Source: an uncultured Prevotellaceae bacterium (GTDB taxonomy: Bacteria; Bacteroidota; Bacteroidia; Bacteroidales; Bacteroidaceae). From it: DNA of 64,000 bases. Under the pieces are notes generated by a model. The model was not told where the DNA came from and searched no databases. It saw only the letters and a list, made by a program, of their open reading frames with translations. A program made the translations under genes and the position numbers. The stretch is taken from NCBI GenBank assembly GCA_900319225.1, contig ONNV01000001.1, positions 96,663-160,662 on the forward strand, given 5' to 3'. Shown here piece after piece: positions 54,759 through 64,000 of this stretch; positions within the stretch are counted from its first letter, which is position 1; each line of letters opens with the position of its first letter.

Positions 54759-56087
54759 TTATCTTCTCATCATTGCACCCAGGTTGGGCAGTTTGGCACC
54801 GGCCACGTTTTTCATCATCTTGCGGGTCTGCTCAAACTGCTTGAGCATGCGGTTAACCTCATTAAGCGGCACTCCGCTGCCCTTGGCTATGCGGTTCTTG
54901 CGTGACTGGCTCTTGTCCAGAAGCTCGGGGTTGCTGCGCTCCTGCGGGGTCATGGAGTATATCATGGCCTCAATGCCCTTGAACGCGTTGTCATCAATGT
55001 CTATATCCTTGATGGCCTTGCCCACACCGGGTATCATGCCCATCAGGTCTTTCATGTTACCCATCTTCTTGATCTGGCCAATCTGCTCCAGGAAGTCATT
55101 GAAATCAAACTTGCCCTTGCCCATCTTTTTCTGCAGGCGTTTGGCCTGCTCGGCATCGAACTGCTCCTGGGCACGCTCTACGAACGATACGATATCGCCC
55201 ATTCCCAGTATGCGGTCGGCCATACGGTCGGGATGGAATACATCGAACGCATCCATCTTCTCACCTGTTCCTACAAACTTGATGGGCTTGTTTACGACAG
55301 TACGTATTGAGAGGGCGGCACCGCCTCGGGTGTCACCGTCAAGTTTGGTCAATATCACACCGCTGAAGTCCAGACGCTCGTTGAACTCACGAGCTGTGTT
55401 TACGGCATCCTGACCGGTCATTGAATCTACTACGAAGAGTATCTCATTGGGTGAGACAGCCTCCTTAATCGCAGTAATCTCCTGCATCATCATCTCATCT
55501 ATGGCCAGACGGCCGGCGGTATCGATGATGACTACGTCATAACCCTTGGCGCGGGCCTCACGGATGGCGTTCTGAGCTATCTCTACGGGCTTGTTGTTGC
55601 CCTCCTCAGTATAGACCGTAACACCTATCTGCTCACCCAGGACCTTGAGCTGGTCTATGGCGGCGGGACGGTATACGTCGCAGGCTGCAAGCAGGGGCTT
55701 CTTGGCGCGCTTGGTCTTGAGCAGACCCGCCAGCTTGGCGCTGAATGTGGTCTTACCGGAGCCCTGCAGACCGGCCATCAGAATGACTGCGGGATGTCCC
55801 TTTACGTCTATGTCAACGGCCTCGCCGCCCATCAGGGTTGCCAGCTCATCATGAACCACCTTGACCATGAGCTGTCCGGGACGCAGGGATGTGAGCACGT
55901 TCATGCCCAGCGCCTTCTCCTTTACGGTGTCGGTGAACTGCTTGGCAACCTTGTAGTTTACATCGGCATCAAGCAGGGCCTTGCGTACATCCTTCAGGGT
56001 TTCGGCAACGTTAACTTCGGTGATTTTACCTTCACCTTTCAGTATCTTAAGGGACCTTTCAAGTCTTTCTGATAGATTTTCAAACAT
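54759..56087 (-). CDS. ffh: Signal recognition particle protein
   Basis: [18 protein letters not shown].., [15 protein letters not shown], and an M-domain rich in Met. The start is trimmed from 56141 to the ATG at 56085-56087, because the longer form begins inside an intergenic repeat. Confidence 0.93.
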   Translation of the reverse strand: MFENLSERLERSLKILKGEGKITEVNVAETLKDVRKALLDADVNYKVAKQFTDTVKEKALGMNVLTSLRPGQLMVKVVHDELATLMGGEAVDIDVKGHPAVILMAGLQGSGKTTFSAKLAGLLKTKRAKKPLLAACDVYRPAAIDQLKVLGEQIGVTVYTEEGNNKPVEIAQNAIREARAKGYDVVIIDTAGRLAIDEMMMQEITAIKEAVSPNEILFVVDSMTGQDAVNTAREFNERLDFSGVILTKLDGDTRGGAALSIRTVVNKPIKFVGTGEKMDAFDVFHPDRMADRILGMGDIVSFVERAQEQFDAEQAKRLQKKMGKGKFDFNDFLEQIGQIKKMGNMKDLMGMIPGVGKAIKDIDIDDNAFKGIEAMIYSMTPQERSNPELLDKSQSRKNRIAKGSGVPLNEVNRMLKQFEQTRKMMKNVAGAKLPNLGAMMRR

Positions 56088-56141
56088 GGACTTATTTTTA
56101 GAGACTGCAAAGTTAGTAAAAAGACTGCGACTTGCAGCCAT

Positions 56142-56257
56142 GGGGACGGTTCTATTTGGCTCCTAGGTGCAGAATTCTTTCTGACTGCGTATCAGGGCCA
56201 AATAGAACCGTCCCCAGTGGCCCTGATCTTACCGAGGTGCCAAATAGAACCGTCCCC
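56142..56257. repeat. Cluster of three GGGGACGGTTCTATTTGGC units (one forward, two inverted)
   Basis: The forward copy is at 56142-56160 and reverse-complement copies are at 56197-56215 and 56239-56257. An additional inverted pair ATCAGGGCC/GGCCCTGAT (56191-56199 / 56219-56227) brackets the middle copy. Confidence 0.85.
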
Positions 56258-56267
56258 TTTGTGCCCC

Positions 56268-58379
56268 TCAGCGGCCGGAGAGGTAGAGCATCTGGCGGAT
56301 TTCGTCGTTGAATTTGCGGGCGGAGCAGAGCTTCTCAAGGGTTAGGTGCATGCGGTAGCGCCAGTAGTTGTTTGAGTCGGCAGGGACGTTTATGCGCTCG
56401 GCGGCGGGATCCTTGGCGCGCAGCGAGCTGCTCATGGAGAGCCAGTCCTGGAGCGGGAATATGGCCAGCATGGAGGGTGATGCCAGATGGGCCGATATCA
56501 CACTGGTGCAGGCTGCAACGGTTGCTTTCTTGGCGGTAATCACGTGGTTGGGTTCCATCTCATCCTCGATCCAGGTACGCAGCACGCTCATGTCATGCGT
56601 GGATGTGGTGCAGACTGACATGTAGGGGTAGGTGGCAGGGTCCGATACCTGGACACCCAGGGTCTTGGGCATGCGCTGAACCTCAAGAGCCATGATGCGC
56701 AGGCGGTCCATCACATCTGGAACGCAGGCGGGAATCATACCCAGATCCTCACCGCATACCAGCATATCGGTTGCCTCAATGAGTGCCGGTAGCTTGGCCA
56801 TGGCCGAACAGCTCCAGAAATCATTGTTGCGGTTGTAGTAGAAGTCCTCATGCAGGCGGCGGAACGCATCCTGAGCCTGGCTGTCAAGCGCCTTGAACAT
56901 GGTGGTGTCAAAAGCGTTTATACGCGGATGGTAAGTGCCCGGTTTGTGGGTGTCCTCCAGGAATAGCACGTTGGTCTGGGCTGTTCCGGCGGGTGCCTGG
57001 GCATGCAGTGCGGGGTTGAACGGGAATCCGCTGTCCCAAATCTCCTGCGGTGTGTAGGTCAGGGCAGGATTGAAACGTCCCATGAGCCCGCTGTCATATT
57101 TCAATGGAACCTCCCAGATACGGAAAAATCCCAACAGGTGGTCTATGCGGTAGGCGTCAAAGTAATCGGCCATCTTGCGGAAACGAGCCACAAACCAGGC
57201 ATAGCCGTCGCGGGCCATGTTATCCCAGTTGTATGTGGGCATTCCCCAGCGCTGTCCGTCTACGGCGAATGCGTCGGGCGGGGCGCCGGCCTGGCAATCA
57301 GTATGGAACAGCTCCGGGTGAATCCAGACGTCGGCACTGTGACGGTTTACTCCGATGGGTATGTCACCTTTGAGCAGGATGCCTTTACGGTTTGCATATT
57401 TCTTTACATCTGTAAGCTGTCTGTCCAGATGGTACTGTATGAAATAATACTTGCGGATATCATTGTAACAGGCGCCTTGGGGCATGCAGAAACGGTCCAG
57501 CAGGGCTGGGGTGTAACTGGCCTCTTTCCATTTGCTGAAATCAGGTGTGCCGTACTTGTCACGCAGGTAGCAGTAGAGAGCGTAGGGCTCAAGCCATGAG
57601 CGGTTGGCACTGAAAAATGCCTTGTACTCCCTTGTCTTAAGGTGCTTGTCACCAAACTCAGCATAGAGGCGGTCCAGATAGTCGTTCTTGGCTTTCTGAA
57701 CACGCTCAAAATCTATCTGGGGCAGGGCGTTGAGCTCACGGCGCAGCTTCTCCATCCGGCTAAGGAACTTGCTGTCAGATAGCTGGCCTACCATCTCCAG
57801 GTTTATGTATACCGGATTGAGCGCGAATGATGAGTTTGCGCTGTACGGGTATGAGTCCCTCCAGGTATATGTCATTGTGGTGTCATTTACCGGCAGGGTC
57901 TGGATTATGCTCTGTCCGGTGGCTGCGGCCCAGTCAACAAGCAGCTTAAGGTCTGTGAACTCACCTATGCCGAAATCCCTCTCACTGCGCAGCGAGAACA
58001 CCGGTATGGCGGTGCCGGCACCCTTCCAGTGCGGACGGTTGTTATGGTGAACGTATGGAATGGCTACGGTCCGCTGCTCCATGTCACGTCCCTGGCACTC
58101 TTTCCATCGGTCTGACAGGACCAGACGTTTGGCGCCGGTGTAGGGGATGGAGTGTACCGGACCCTCCTCGCGGCGGGTTATGTTGCCGTCAGTTAGTACC
58201 ATGTAGCTGTAGGTGATGTCACCAATGATGTCATCCTCCAGTTCATGGTCATAGAACCATGTTCCTGATCCGTTATTGTCCATCTCAAGGCACTGCTGTG
58301 TGCCGTCGGGCATGTTGAGACAGAGGTATAGGTTCTCACCCCAGCGGGTTATGTATTCTATCTGGAAATGTATCTGCAT
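56268..58379 (-). CDS. malQ: 4-alpha-glucanotransferase (GH77) with an N-terminal starch-binding (CBM20-like) domain
   Basis: ..IPVFSLRSERDFGIGEF.DL..LVDWAA..GQSIIQTLPVNDT..DIPIGV..DGQRWG.P.YNW..IDH..GF... The start is set to MQIHFQIEY.. (ATG 58377-58379) because a minus-strand TActTTTG box (58402-58409) lies inside the longer track ORF. The ATG at 58436 is an alternative. Confidence 0.85.
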   Translation of the reverse strand: MQIHFQIEYITRWGENLYLCLNMPDGTQQCLEMDNNGSGTWFYDHELEDDIIGDITYSYMVLTDGNITRREEGPVHSIPYTGAKRLVLSDRWKECQGRDMEQRTVAIPYVHHNNRPHWKGAGTAIPVFSLRSERDFGIGEFTDLKLLVDWAAATGQSIIQTLPVNDTTMTYTWRDSYPYSANSSFALNPVYINLEMVGQLSDSKFLSRMEKLRRELNALPQIDFERVQKAKNDYLDRLYAEFGDKHLKTREYKAFFSANRSWLEPYALYCYLRDKYGTPDFSKWKEASYTPALLDRFCMPQGACYNDIRKYYFIQYHLDRQLTDVKKYANRKGILLKGDIPIGVNRHSADVWIHPELFHTDCQAGAPPDAFAVDGQRWGMPTYNWDNMARDGYAWFVARFRKMADYFDAYRIDHLLGFFRIWEVPLKYDSGLMGRFNPALTYTPQEIWDSGFPFNPALHAQAPAGTAQTNVLFLEDTHKPGTYHPRINAFDTTMFKALDSQAQDAFRRLHEDFYYNRNNDFWSCSAMAKLPALIEATDMLVCGEDLGMIPACVPDVMDRLRIMALEVQRMPKTLGVQVSDPATYPYMSVCTTSTHDMSVLRTWIEDEMEPNHVITAKKATVAACTSVISAHLASPSMLAIFPLQDWLSMSSSLRAKDPAAERINVPADSNNYWRYRMHLTLEKLCSARKFNDEIRQMLYLSGR

Positions 58380-58607
58380 CCGGGCCTGATTGAATGAGTC
58401 ACAAAAGTATAATTTCTTTTTGGGTTTGACGCTCATTTTGATATTCAAAAAGGATGGCTGCCACACCTTATTGACAGCCCCTACTTAAGTTATCAACAAT
58501 TTGTAAAATTCAATGAATTTTTCTTTTGGGGTAATGACGCGGAAACTATTTTTGCGTATCCTGATATGACTTTTTTAAACATATTATAACACAAACCATT
58601 ATTAGTC

Positions 58608-60065
58608 ATGGATTTAAAGCAGGAAGGCATCTATGATGCCAGTACCCTAGGTGGTGGTAAAATGTTTGTGCTTGGTTGTCAGCACATGTTCGCAATGTTT
58701 GGCGCAACCGTTCTGGTTCCGCTTCTTACAGGTCTTTCAGTTTCAGCCACACTGCTTTTTGCAGGTATCGGCACACTGATTTTCCATTTCTTTACAAAGA
58801 TGAAAGTTCCGGCATTCCTGGGCTCATCATTCGCATTCCTGGGTGGTTACAGTGCCGTAAAAGCAATGGGACCCAAGTTCCTTGACCCCAACTTCAACCA
58901 GTCTGTTTTTGATTCAATGTCTGAGGCTGATCAGTTAAAGTACATCGGTGAGTTTGCTCCTGCAGCCCTTACCTATGCCTGCATCGGTGTGTTCTGCGCC
59001 GGTCTGCTTTACTTTGTTCTGGCTGCCCTGTTCAAGTTCTACGGTGTACGCCGCACCATGCGTTTCTTCCCGCCCGTAGTAACCGGTCCTATCATCATAT
59101 CGATTGGTCTTATCCTCTCATCAAGTGCCATCAACAACTGCCAGCATAACTGGTGGATTGCACTTCTTGCCATCGCAATCATTGTTATTTGCAACATATT
59201 CGGTAAGGGCATGATCAAAATCATTCCCATTATCCTGGGTGTTATCGGTTCTTACATCGTAGCCGCTTGCTTCGGTCAGGTGGATTTCACTGCGGTTGCC
59301 GAGGCCAAATGGTTCGGTCTGCCCATTGAGTGGAGCAACACCGGTCTGAGTACTGTGATCAATAAGCCCGACGGTGCATTCCTGACTACAGCCATCATCA
59401 CTATCATGCCTATTGCTATCGCAACCATGATTGAGCATATAGGTGATGTAGCTGCTATCTCATCAACCTGCAACCGCAACTTCATAGCCGATCCCGGTCT
59501 GCACCGCACTCTTATGGGTGACGGCTGCGCTACCGCTCTGGCTGCCCTGTTCGGTGCTCCCGCCAACACTACATACGGTGAAAATACAGGCGTGCTCAAC
59601 CTGACCAAGGTGTTTGATCCCAAGGTTGTACGTATTGCAGCACTGCTGGCTATAGTATTCTCATTCTGCCCCAAGTTCGCCCAGATAATCTACGCTATGC
59701 CTGTTGCAACAGTAGGTGGTGTATCTCTGGTGCTCTACGGTATGATATCAGCTGTAGGTGTACGTAACCTGGTTGAGAACAAGGTTGACTTTACAAATAA
59801 CCGTAACGTGCTTATCGCAGCTCTGATACTGGTACTTGCCATAGGTATCAACTTTGGTCCCGGCAGCGTATCATTCGGTAAGATTTCTCTGTCAGGTCTG
59901 GCTGTTGCCGCTCTGGTAGGTATCATCCTGAACGCAATACTGCCCGGTAACGACTTCCACTTTACTGGTGAATACACAAGCGGTAAGCGTGCCACAGCCG
60001 AGGGTCAGGATCTGCCTGAGGACTTCAAGAAGCCTCTGCATGATGATCCCAAGTTCAACGGATAA
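58608..60065 (+). CDS. NCS2-family nucleobase:cation symporter (uracil/xanthine permease type)
   Basis: 485 aa, polytopic: ..LGCQHMFAMFGATVLVP.. and ..GENTGVLNLTKV.. are typical of NCS2. Confidence 0.85.
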   Translation: MDLKQEGIYDASTLGGGKMFVLGCQHMFAMFGATVLVPLLTGLSVSATLLFAGIGTLIFHFFTKMKVPAFLGSSFAFLGGYSAVKAMGPKFLDPNFNQSVFDSMSEADQLKYIGEFAPAALTYACIGVFCAGLLYFVLAALFKFYGVRRTMRFFPPVVTGPIIISIGLILSSSAINNCQHNWWIALLAIAIIVICNIFGKGMIKIIPIILGVIGSYIVAACFGQVDFTAVAEAKWFGLPIEWSNTGLSTVINKPDGAFLTTAIITIMPIAIATMIEHIGDVAAISSTCNRNFIADPGLHRTLMGDGCATALAALFGAPANTTYGENTGVLNLTKVFDPKVVRIAALLAIVFSFCPKFAQIIYAMPVATVGGVSLVLYGMISAVGVRNLVENKVDFTNNRNVLIAALILVLAIGINFGPGSVSFGKISLSGLAVAALVGIILNAILPGNDFHFTGEYTSGKRATAEGQDLPEDFKKPLHDDPKFNG

Positions 60066-60111
60066 CAATTATTATTCAACAATATTCTTATTAACTCTAA
60101 AAAGTTTTGAT

Positions 60112-60837
60112 ATGAAAAAAATCGTAGCTTTTGCAGGTTTTGCCCTGCTGTCAGTTGGTGCTTTTGCACAGACAAACTTACAGGTGTTCTATGATTTCGG
60201 TGAGAACCGCAAGTACACAACAACCACTCTTGAGATGTTTAAGAGTGACAATTGGGGAAGCACCTTCTTCTTTGTTGATTACAACTACACAACTTCAGAT
60301 CAGCGTAAATATCAGGATATGTATGGTGCTACAAGCACATATATGGAGATTGAGCGTGCCCTGAACTTCTGGCAGGATTCAAAATTTGCTCCTCTGAGTG
60401 CACACGTAGAGTTCCAGGCAGGTTTGTTAGGCGGTACTCTGGGCAGCACCCGTAACTGGTTGCTTGGTGCCGATTATTTCATGCACAATGCTGATTTCTC
60501 AAATACATTCACCGTTAGCCTTCTGTTGAAGCTTTACAGCAAGGAGAATGATTGCAAGCTTCCTCTGCAGCTTTCAGGTGTTTGGGGTATGAACAACCTC
60601 TTTGGTGTTGAGGGCCTCAAGTTCTCAGGTTTCTTTGACCTGTGGGGTAACTATGTTGATTGGGGTGGTGACGACAGCTTCTTCAGCTTCCTCTCAGAGC
60701 CTCAGCTTTGGTACAACGTAGGTCAGTTCTTTGACTGCCCCAACCTCCATGTAGGTACTGAGATTGAGCTTTCTGCCAACTTTGTACAGAGTGGTTTTGT
60801 ATGCAACCCCTGTCTTGGTCTTAAGTGGGAATTCTAA
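60112..60837 (+). CDS. Small outer-membrane beta-barrel protein, Tsx-like / DUF5020-type candidate nucleoside channel
   Basis: 241 aa from MKKIVAFAGFALLSVGAFAQ (signal peptide), then NLQVFYDFGENRKYTTTTLEMFKSDNWGSTFFFVDYNY. It has alternating aromatic strands and a terminal ..LKWEF. The track start at 59968 overlaps the upstream gene. Confidence 0.6.
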   Translation: MKKIVAFAGFALLSVGAFAQTNLQVFYDFGENRKYTTTTLEMFKSDNWGSTFFFVDYNYTTSDQRKYQDMYGATSTYMEIERALNFWQDSKFAPLSAHVEFQAGLLGGTLGSTRNWLLGADYFMHNADFSNTFTVSLLLKLYSKENDCKLPLQLSGVWGMNNLFGVEGLKFSGFFDLWGNYVDWGGDDSFFSFLSEPQLWYNVGQFFDCPNLHVGTEIELSANFVQSGFVCNPCLGLKWEF

Positions 60838-60871
60838 TCATTTGAAGGTCTAACAATTACATCTGATTGTT

Positions 60872-62215
60872 ATGTCATTCCTTAAAATATTAGGTTTTGA
60901 CCCCCAGAAGCATAGCGTAAGGACAGAGATTGTGGCCGGTCTGACCACATTTCTGACAATGGCTTACATTCTGGCTGTTAACCCGCTTATCTTTGGCGAT
61001 CTGGAGGGCATGGGAATGCCTAAGGATTCTGTGTTCACTGCAACTGCACTGGCAGCCATCGTGGGTACTCTGATTATGGCATTATATGCAAAGAAGCCTT
61101 ATGCTCTGGCTCCCGGCCTGGGCCTGAACGCATTCTTTGTATATACCGTATGCTTTACTATGGGATACAGCTGGCAGTTTGCTTTGACCGCTGTCCTGAT
61201 AGAGGGTATCATCTTTATATTACTCACTGTAACCAATGTCCGTGAGGCTATCATCAACGCCATTCCTAAGGCTATGAAGAGTGCCGTATCAGCCGGTATA
61301 GGTCTGTTTATCGCATTCATCGGCCTTTACAATGCTCATATCGTTGTAGGTGGCGGCGGAACAGTTGTAGCTCTTGGTGATATCATGCACGGTACTGCTG
61401 CCGTGGCTCTCATCGGCCTGGTAATTACCTCTGTATTGATGATCCTCAAGATTCGTGGAGCTATGCTCATCGGTATCATTGCAACTTCAATAGTCGGCCT
61501 GTTCTTCCAGGAGCCGGTTGATTATGAAAACCTTGACGCTGGAATGAAGGCTGTTACCTTATTCGGAGGTGTAGTTGACAAGGTGCCGGATGTAACACCT
61601 ATCCTGTGCAAGTTTGAGTGGCACAACATATTCACCAAGGATATGCTGATTGTTGTGTTCACATTCCTCTTCATCGATATGTTTGATACCATCGGTACTG
61701 TTATCGGTGTATCAAAGAAGGCCAATGCCATTAACCCTGACGGCACCATCCCCGGTGTTAAGAAGGTTCTTATGGCCGATGCCATCGCTACCGTATTCGG
61801 TGCCATCTTTGGTACCAGCACCACTACAACATACGTTGAGAGTGCATCAGGTGTAGCAGAGGGTGGCCGTACAGGTCTTACATCATTCACTGTTGCAATC
61901 TGCTTTGCAATATCTCTGTTCTTTGCTCCGATATTCCTTGCAATACCGTCAGCAGCCACAGCTCCTGCCCTTATCCTGGTAGGTTGCATGATGATGACTT
62001 CAATACTTGATGTAGATTTCAATGACTTCTCAGAGAGTATTCCTGCTTACATCTGCATGATCATGATGCCTCTGGCATACAGCATATCCGATGGTATTAT
62101 GCTGGGTATGATCTCATACGTGGTTCTGAACGTTATCTGCGGCAAGGCTAAGAAGATTAACCTGATGACCTGGATTCTTGCAATCCTGTTCATCATACGT
62201 TATGCCTGCCTGTAA
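60872..62215 (+). CDS. NCS2/AzgA-family purine (adenine/guanine/hypoxanthine) permease
   Basis: 447 aa: ..SVRTEIVAGLTTFLTMAYILAVNP.. and ..TTTTYVESASGV.. are typical of PbuG/AzgA. Confidence 0.85.
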   Translation: MSFLKILGFDPQKHSVRTEIVAGLTTFLTMAYILAVNPLIFGDLEGMGMPKDSVFTATALAAIVGTLIMALYAKKPYALAPGLGLNAFFVYTVCFTMGYSWQFALTAVLIEGIIFILLTVTNVREAIINAIPKAMKSAVSAGIGLFIAFIGLYNAHIVVGGGGTVVALGDIMHGTAAVALIGLVITSVLMILKIRGAMLIGIIATSIVGLFFQEPVDYENLDAGMKAVTLFGGVVDKVPDVTPILCKFEWHNIFTKDMLIVVFTFLFIDMFDTIGTVIGVSKKANAINPDGTIPGVKKVLMADAIATVFGAIFGTSTTTTYVESASGVAEGGRTGLTSFTVAICFAISLFFAPIFLAIPSAATAPALILVGCMMMTSILDVDFNDFSESIPAYICMIMMPLAYSISDGIMLGMISYVVLNVICGKAKKINLMTWILAILFIIRYACL

Positions 62216-62246
62216 GGTAAGCGGTCAGCAATAGAGACCAAAAATT

Positions 62247-62274
62247 CAGGGCGGTTCCGGATGGAGCCGCCCTG
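62247..62274. terminator. Bidirectional terminator hairpin between convergent genes
   Basis: CAGGGCGG-TTCCGGATGGAG-CCGCCCTG followed by TTGTTTT. Confidence 0.65.
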
Positions 62275-62296
62275 TTGTTTTCTGTAAGAGTGATGA

Positions 62297-63388
62297 TTAC
62301 TCGTTTATTCCCAGGATATTTCCTGTCGTAGTATCAAACTTTATCTTGGTATCGGCACGCTTGCCCATCAGGGTGGATGATACCACCTCAACGTTACCGA
62401 ACTGTGCTATCTGCACATCCTGCTCGGTAAATACCGTGCGGTTGTTGTAAACCTTTACGATGGCGCGGCCCGGAATGCGGTAATAGAGGAACGCAGCCTC
62501 TTTCTTGTTTTTGCCTGGGGCGGCTTTCTTGAGTGCATCGGCACTGGGGTTGTAAGCCTGTGTCATGTTACGGTCCGTGATGTCTATCCATACGGGCTCA
62601 CCAGCCAGATTATCTACGGGCAGCACGCCTAACTTGGATGAGAAACGGAACAGCAACTGCTTGGAGGTGGCGGCATCGGGGGTGACATTGATGGTGAATG
62701 TCTCCTCCTGAGTCTCACTGGTACCGCTGAACAGGGTGAGCAGGGCGGCCTCCTGGGCCGACAGGGACTCAAGCATGAACTTGAGTGACTCGCCGTCAGT
62801 GGGGATATACTCAGCCTGGCCGCGCGTTATGGCATTGCGGCTCTCACGTATGTTGTATATCTCCTTGGCCGTAAGCTCCGCCATCTTGGCTGTGGAACCG
62901 GCCATGAGAATCTCCTCGGTCATGAAATCCTGCGGGTTCACCTTCTTGACCGGCTGGATGGGGGCAGGCTTGTCCTGCCGGGTGGGCTCGTCAACATGAA
63001 CGTTCACGGCGCTCAGTATGCCGTCGCGGGTCAGTTCTATGTATGGCCTTATACCGGTGGGACTGAATGTCAGAGTATAAAGCTTGTCCTGGTCAGGTAC
63101 TCCCTGGGTCTGGATCTGGATATCGGATATGGTCCAAACCTCCTCGGCCTTGTCACGAACGTCACTCAGACGCAGGTAACGCTCTGCATAACGGGAGAAC
63201 TCACCGGGCTTGAATATCTGTTTGCTAACCTTGACCCGGATGGTGATCTGGGTCTTGGGCAGCCAGTATGAAACCGCATCCTGTGTAATGCCCGGCTGGA
63301 ACGGGGCGGATACACCCTGGGCGCAAACGGGCGTGATGCCTAATGCCATACCCAGCAGAATAACTGAATTCCTTATCTTCATAGTCAT
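62297..63388 (-). CDS. Hypothetical exported protein (possibly DUF4831 family)
   Basis: 363 aa with a signal peptide (..LLGMALGITPVCAQG). Its ATG overlaps the upstream gene's stop (ATGA), suggesting translational coupling. The family assignment is from memory only. Confidence 0.55.
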   Translation of the reverse strand: MTMKIRNSVILLGMALGITPVCAQGVSAPFQPGITQDAVSYWLPKTQITIRVKVSKQIFKPGEFSRYAERYLRLSDVRDKAEEVWTISDIQIQTQGVPDQDKLYTLTFSPTGIRPYIELTRDGILSAVNVHVDEPTRQDKPAPIQPVKKVNPQDFMTEEILMAGSTAKMAELTAKEIYNIRESRNAITRGQAEYIPTDGESLKFMLESLSAQEAALLTLFSGTSETQEETFTINVTPDAATSKQLLFRFSSKLGVLPVDNLAGEPVWIDITDRNMTQAYNPSADALKKAAPGKNKKEAAFLYYRIPGRAIVKVYNNRTVFTEQDVQIAQFGNVEVVSSTLMGKRADTKIKFDTTTGNILGINE

Positions 63389-64000
63389 ATCATATTTTCA
63401 AATTGTTGCCAGACTTGGGGGAGACTTGCGGCAATATCGGCCGATGTCATGGCAGTCATGCCATATGTGTGGGCAGCGACGTCTCCGGCCAGTCCGTGTA
63501 TGTAAACCGCCGTATAGGCAGCCTTTTCCTGATCAAATCCCTGTGCAAGCAGAGCCAGCGTGATGCCGGTAAGTACATCGCCTGATCCGCCCGTAGCCAT
63601 ACCGGGATTGCCGGTGCTGTTCACGTATGCTCTGCCGTTGGGCGTTACGGTTACTGTGGGCGCTCCCTTGACTACTACCGTAATGCCGTACTCGGATGCC
63701 AGTACTGCGGCACGTTCAATCAGCTCCCTGTAACAGGTGGTGTCACCTACAAGCCTTTTAAGCTCTCCGGGATGTGGGGTGATGACGGATCCCGCGGGTA
63801 TTGCCTCCAGGAGTGACCGGTCCGCAGCCATTATGTTGAGAGCATCGGCATCAAGTACCATGGGGCACGTAGCGGATCTTAGCAGACGTCCAAGCAAAGC
63901 TGCCTGTGCGGCACCCCGGCCCAGTCCGGGACCTGCTCCGATGGCTTTGTATCGGTCCAGGATGGTGTTGGCGTATATGTCATCATCCGATACGGTCATG
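63385..64000 (-). CDS. NAD(P)H-hydrate dehydratase (YjeF C-terminal carbohydrate-kinase domain), C-terminal part; the N-terminus lies beyond the right window edge
   Basis: ..GPGLG..MVLDADALN..VITPHPGELKRL..NSTGNPGMATGGSGDVLTGI.. The reading frame stays open to position 64000. Confidence 0.85.
   Translation of the reverse strand, partial: MTVSDDDIYANTILDRYKAIGAGPGLGRGAAQAALLGRLLRSATCPMVLDADALNIMAADRSLLEAIPAGSVITPHPGELKRLVGDTTCYRELIERAAVLASEYGITVVVKGAPTVTVTPNGRAYVNSTGNPGMATGGSGDVLTGITLALLAQGFDQEKAAYTAVYIHGLAGDVAAHTYGMTAMTSADIAASLPQVWQQFENMI

Overview
This 64-kb chromosomal window looks like a Bacteroidales (Bacteroidota) genome. The evidence is TAnnTTTG -7 promoter boxes ahead of many genes and both tRNAs, a serine palmitoyltransferase, many lipoprotein and outer-membrane-style proteins, and little use of Shine-Dalgarno sequences. 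All calls come from reading the ORF translations and the DNA by eye; no database search was possible.

Most of the window is housekeeping: panB, a DEAD-box helicase, LptF/G, tgt, lon, folD, ffh, malQ, yhhQ-queF, nucleobase permeases, a Dcu transporter, an amino-acid ABC transporter, and GH3/GH9 hydrolases. There are two tRNAs, Pro-TGG and His-GTG.

A five-gene polyamine operon spans 13.3-18.9 kb. An accessory-looking, visibly more AT-rich block spans about 18.9-29.5 kb. It holds a DUF4143-type AAA ATPase bracketed by 29-bp direct repeats, a 1574-aa GLUG/glycine-rich surface protein, a 43-aa downstream ORF, a 6-bladed beta-propeller lipoprotein, two small membrane proteins, a membrane-anchored LytTR regulator, an alpha/beta hydrolase and a GNAT.

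The most unusual signals are non-coding:
- A superfamily of short hairpin repeats with TGAC...GTCA ends and a GGGGAC/GTCCCC-type core occupies nearly every longer intergenic gap and repeatedly supplies stop codons or C-terminal tails to flanking genes.
- Both tRNA genes are followed by a terminator, then an inverted copy of that tRNA's own 3' end, then a homologous element of about 115 nt.
- A preQ1-I-like pseudoknot lies in the yhhQ-queF leader.
- The tRNA-Pro/speA gap contains a promoter-plus-terminator candidate sRNA and a terminator/attenuator.

No CRISPR array, rRNA, integrase, transposase or prophage genes were seen.
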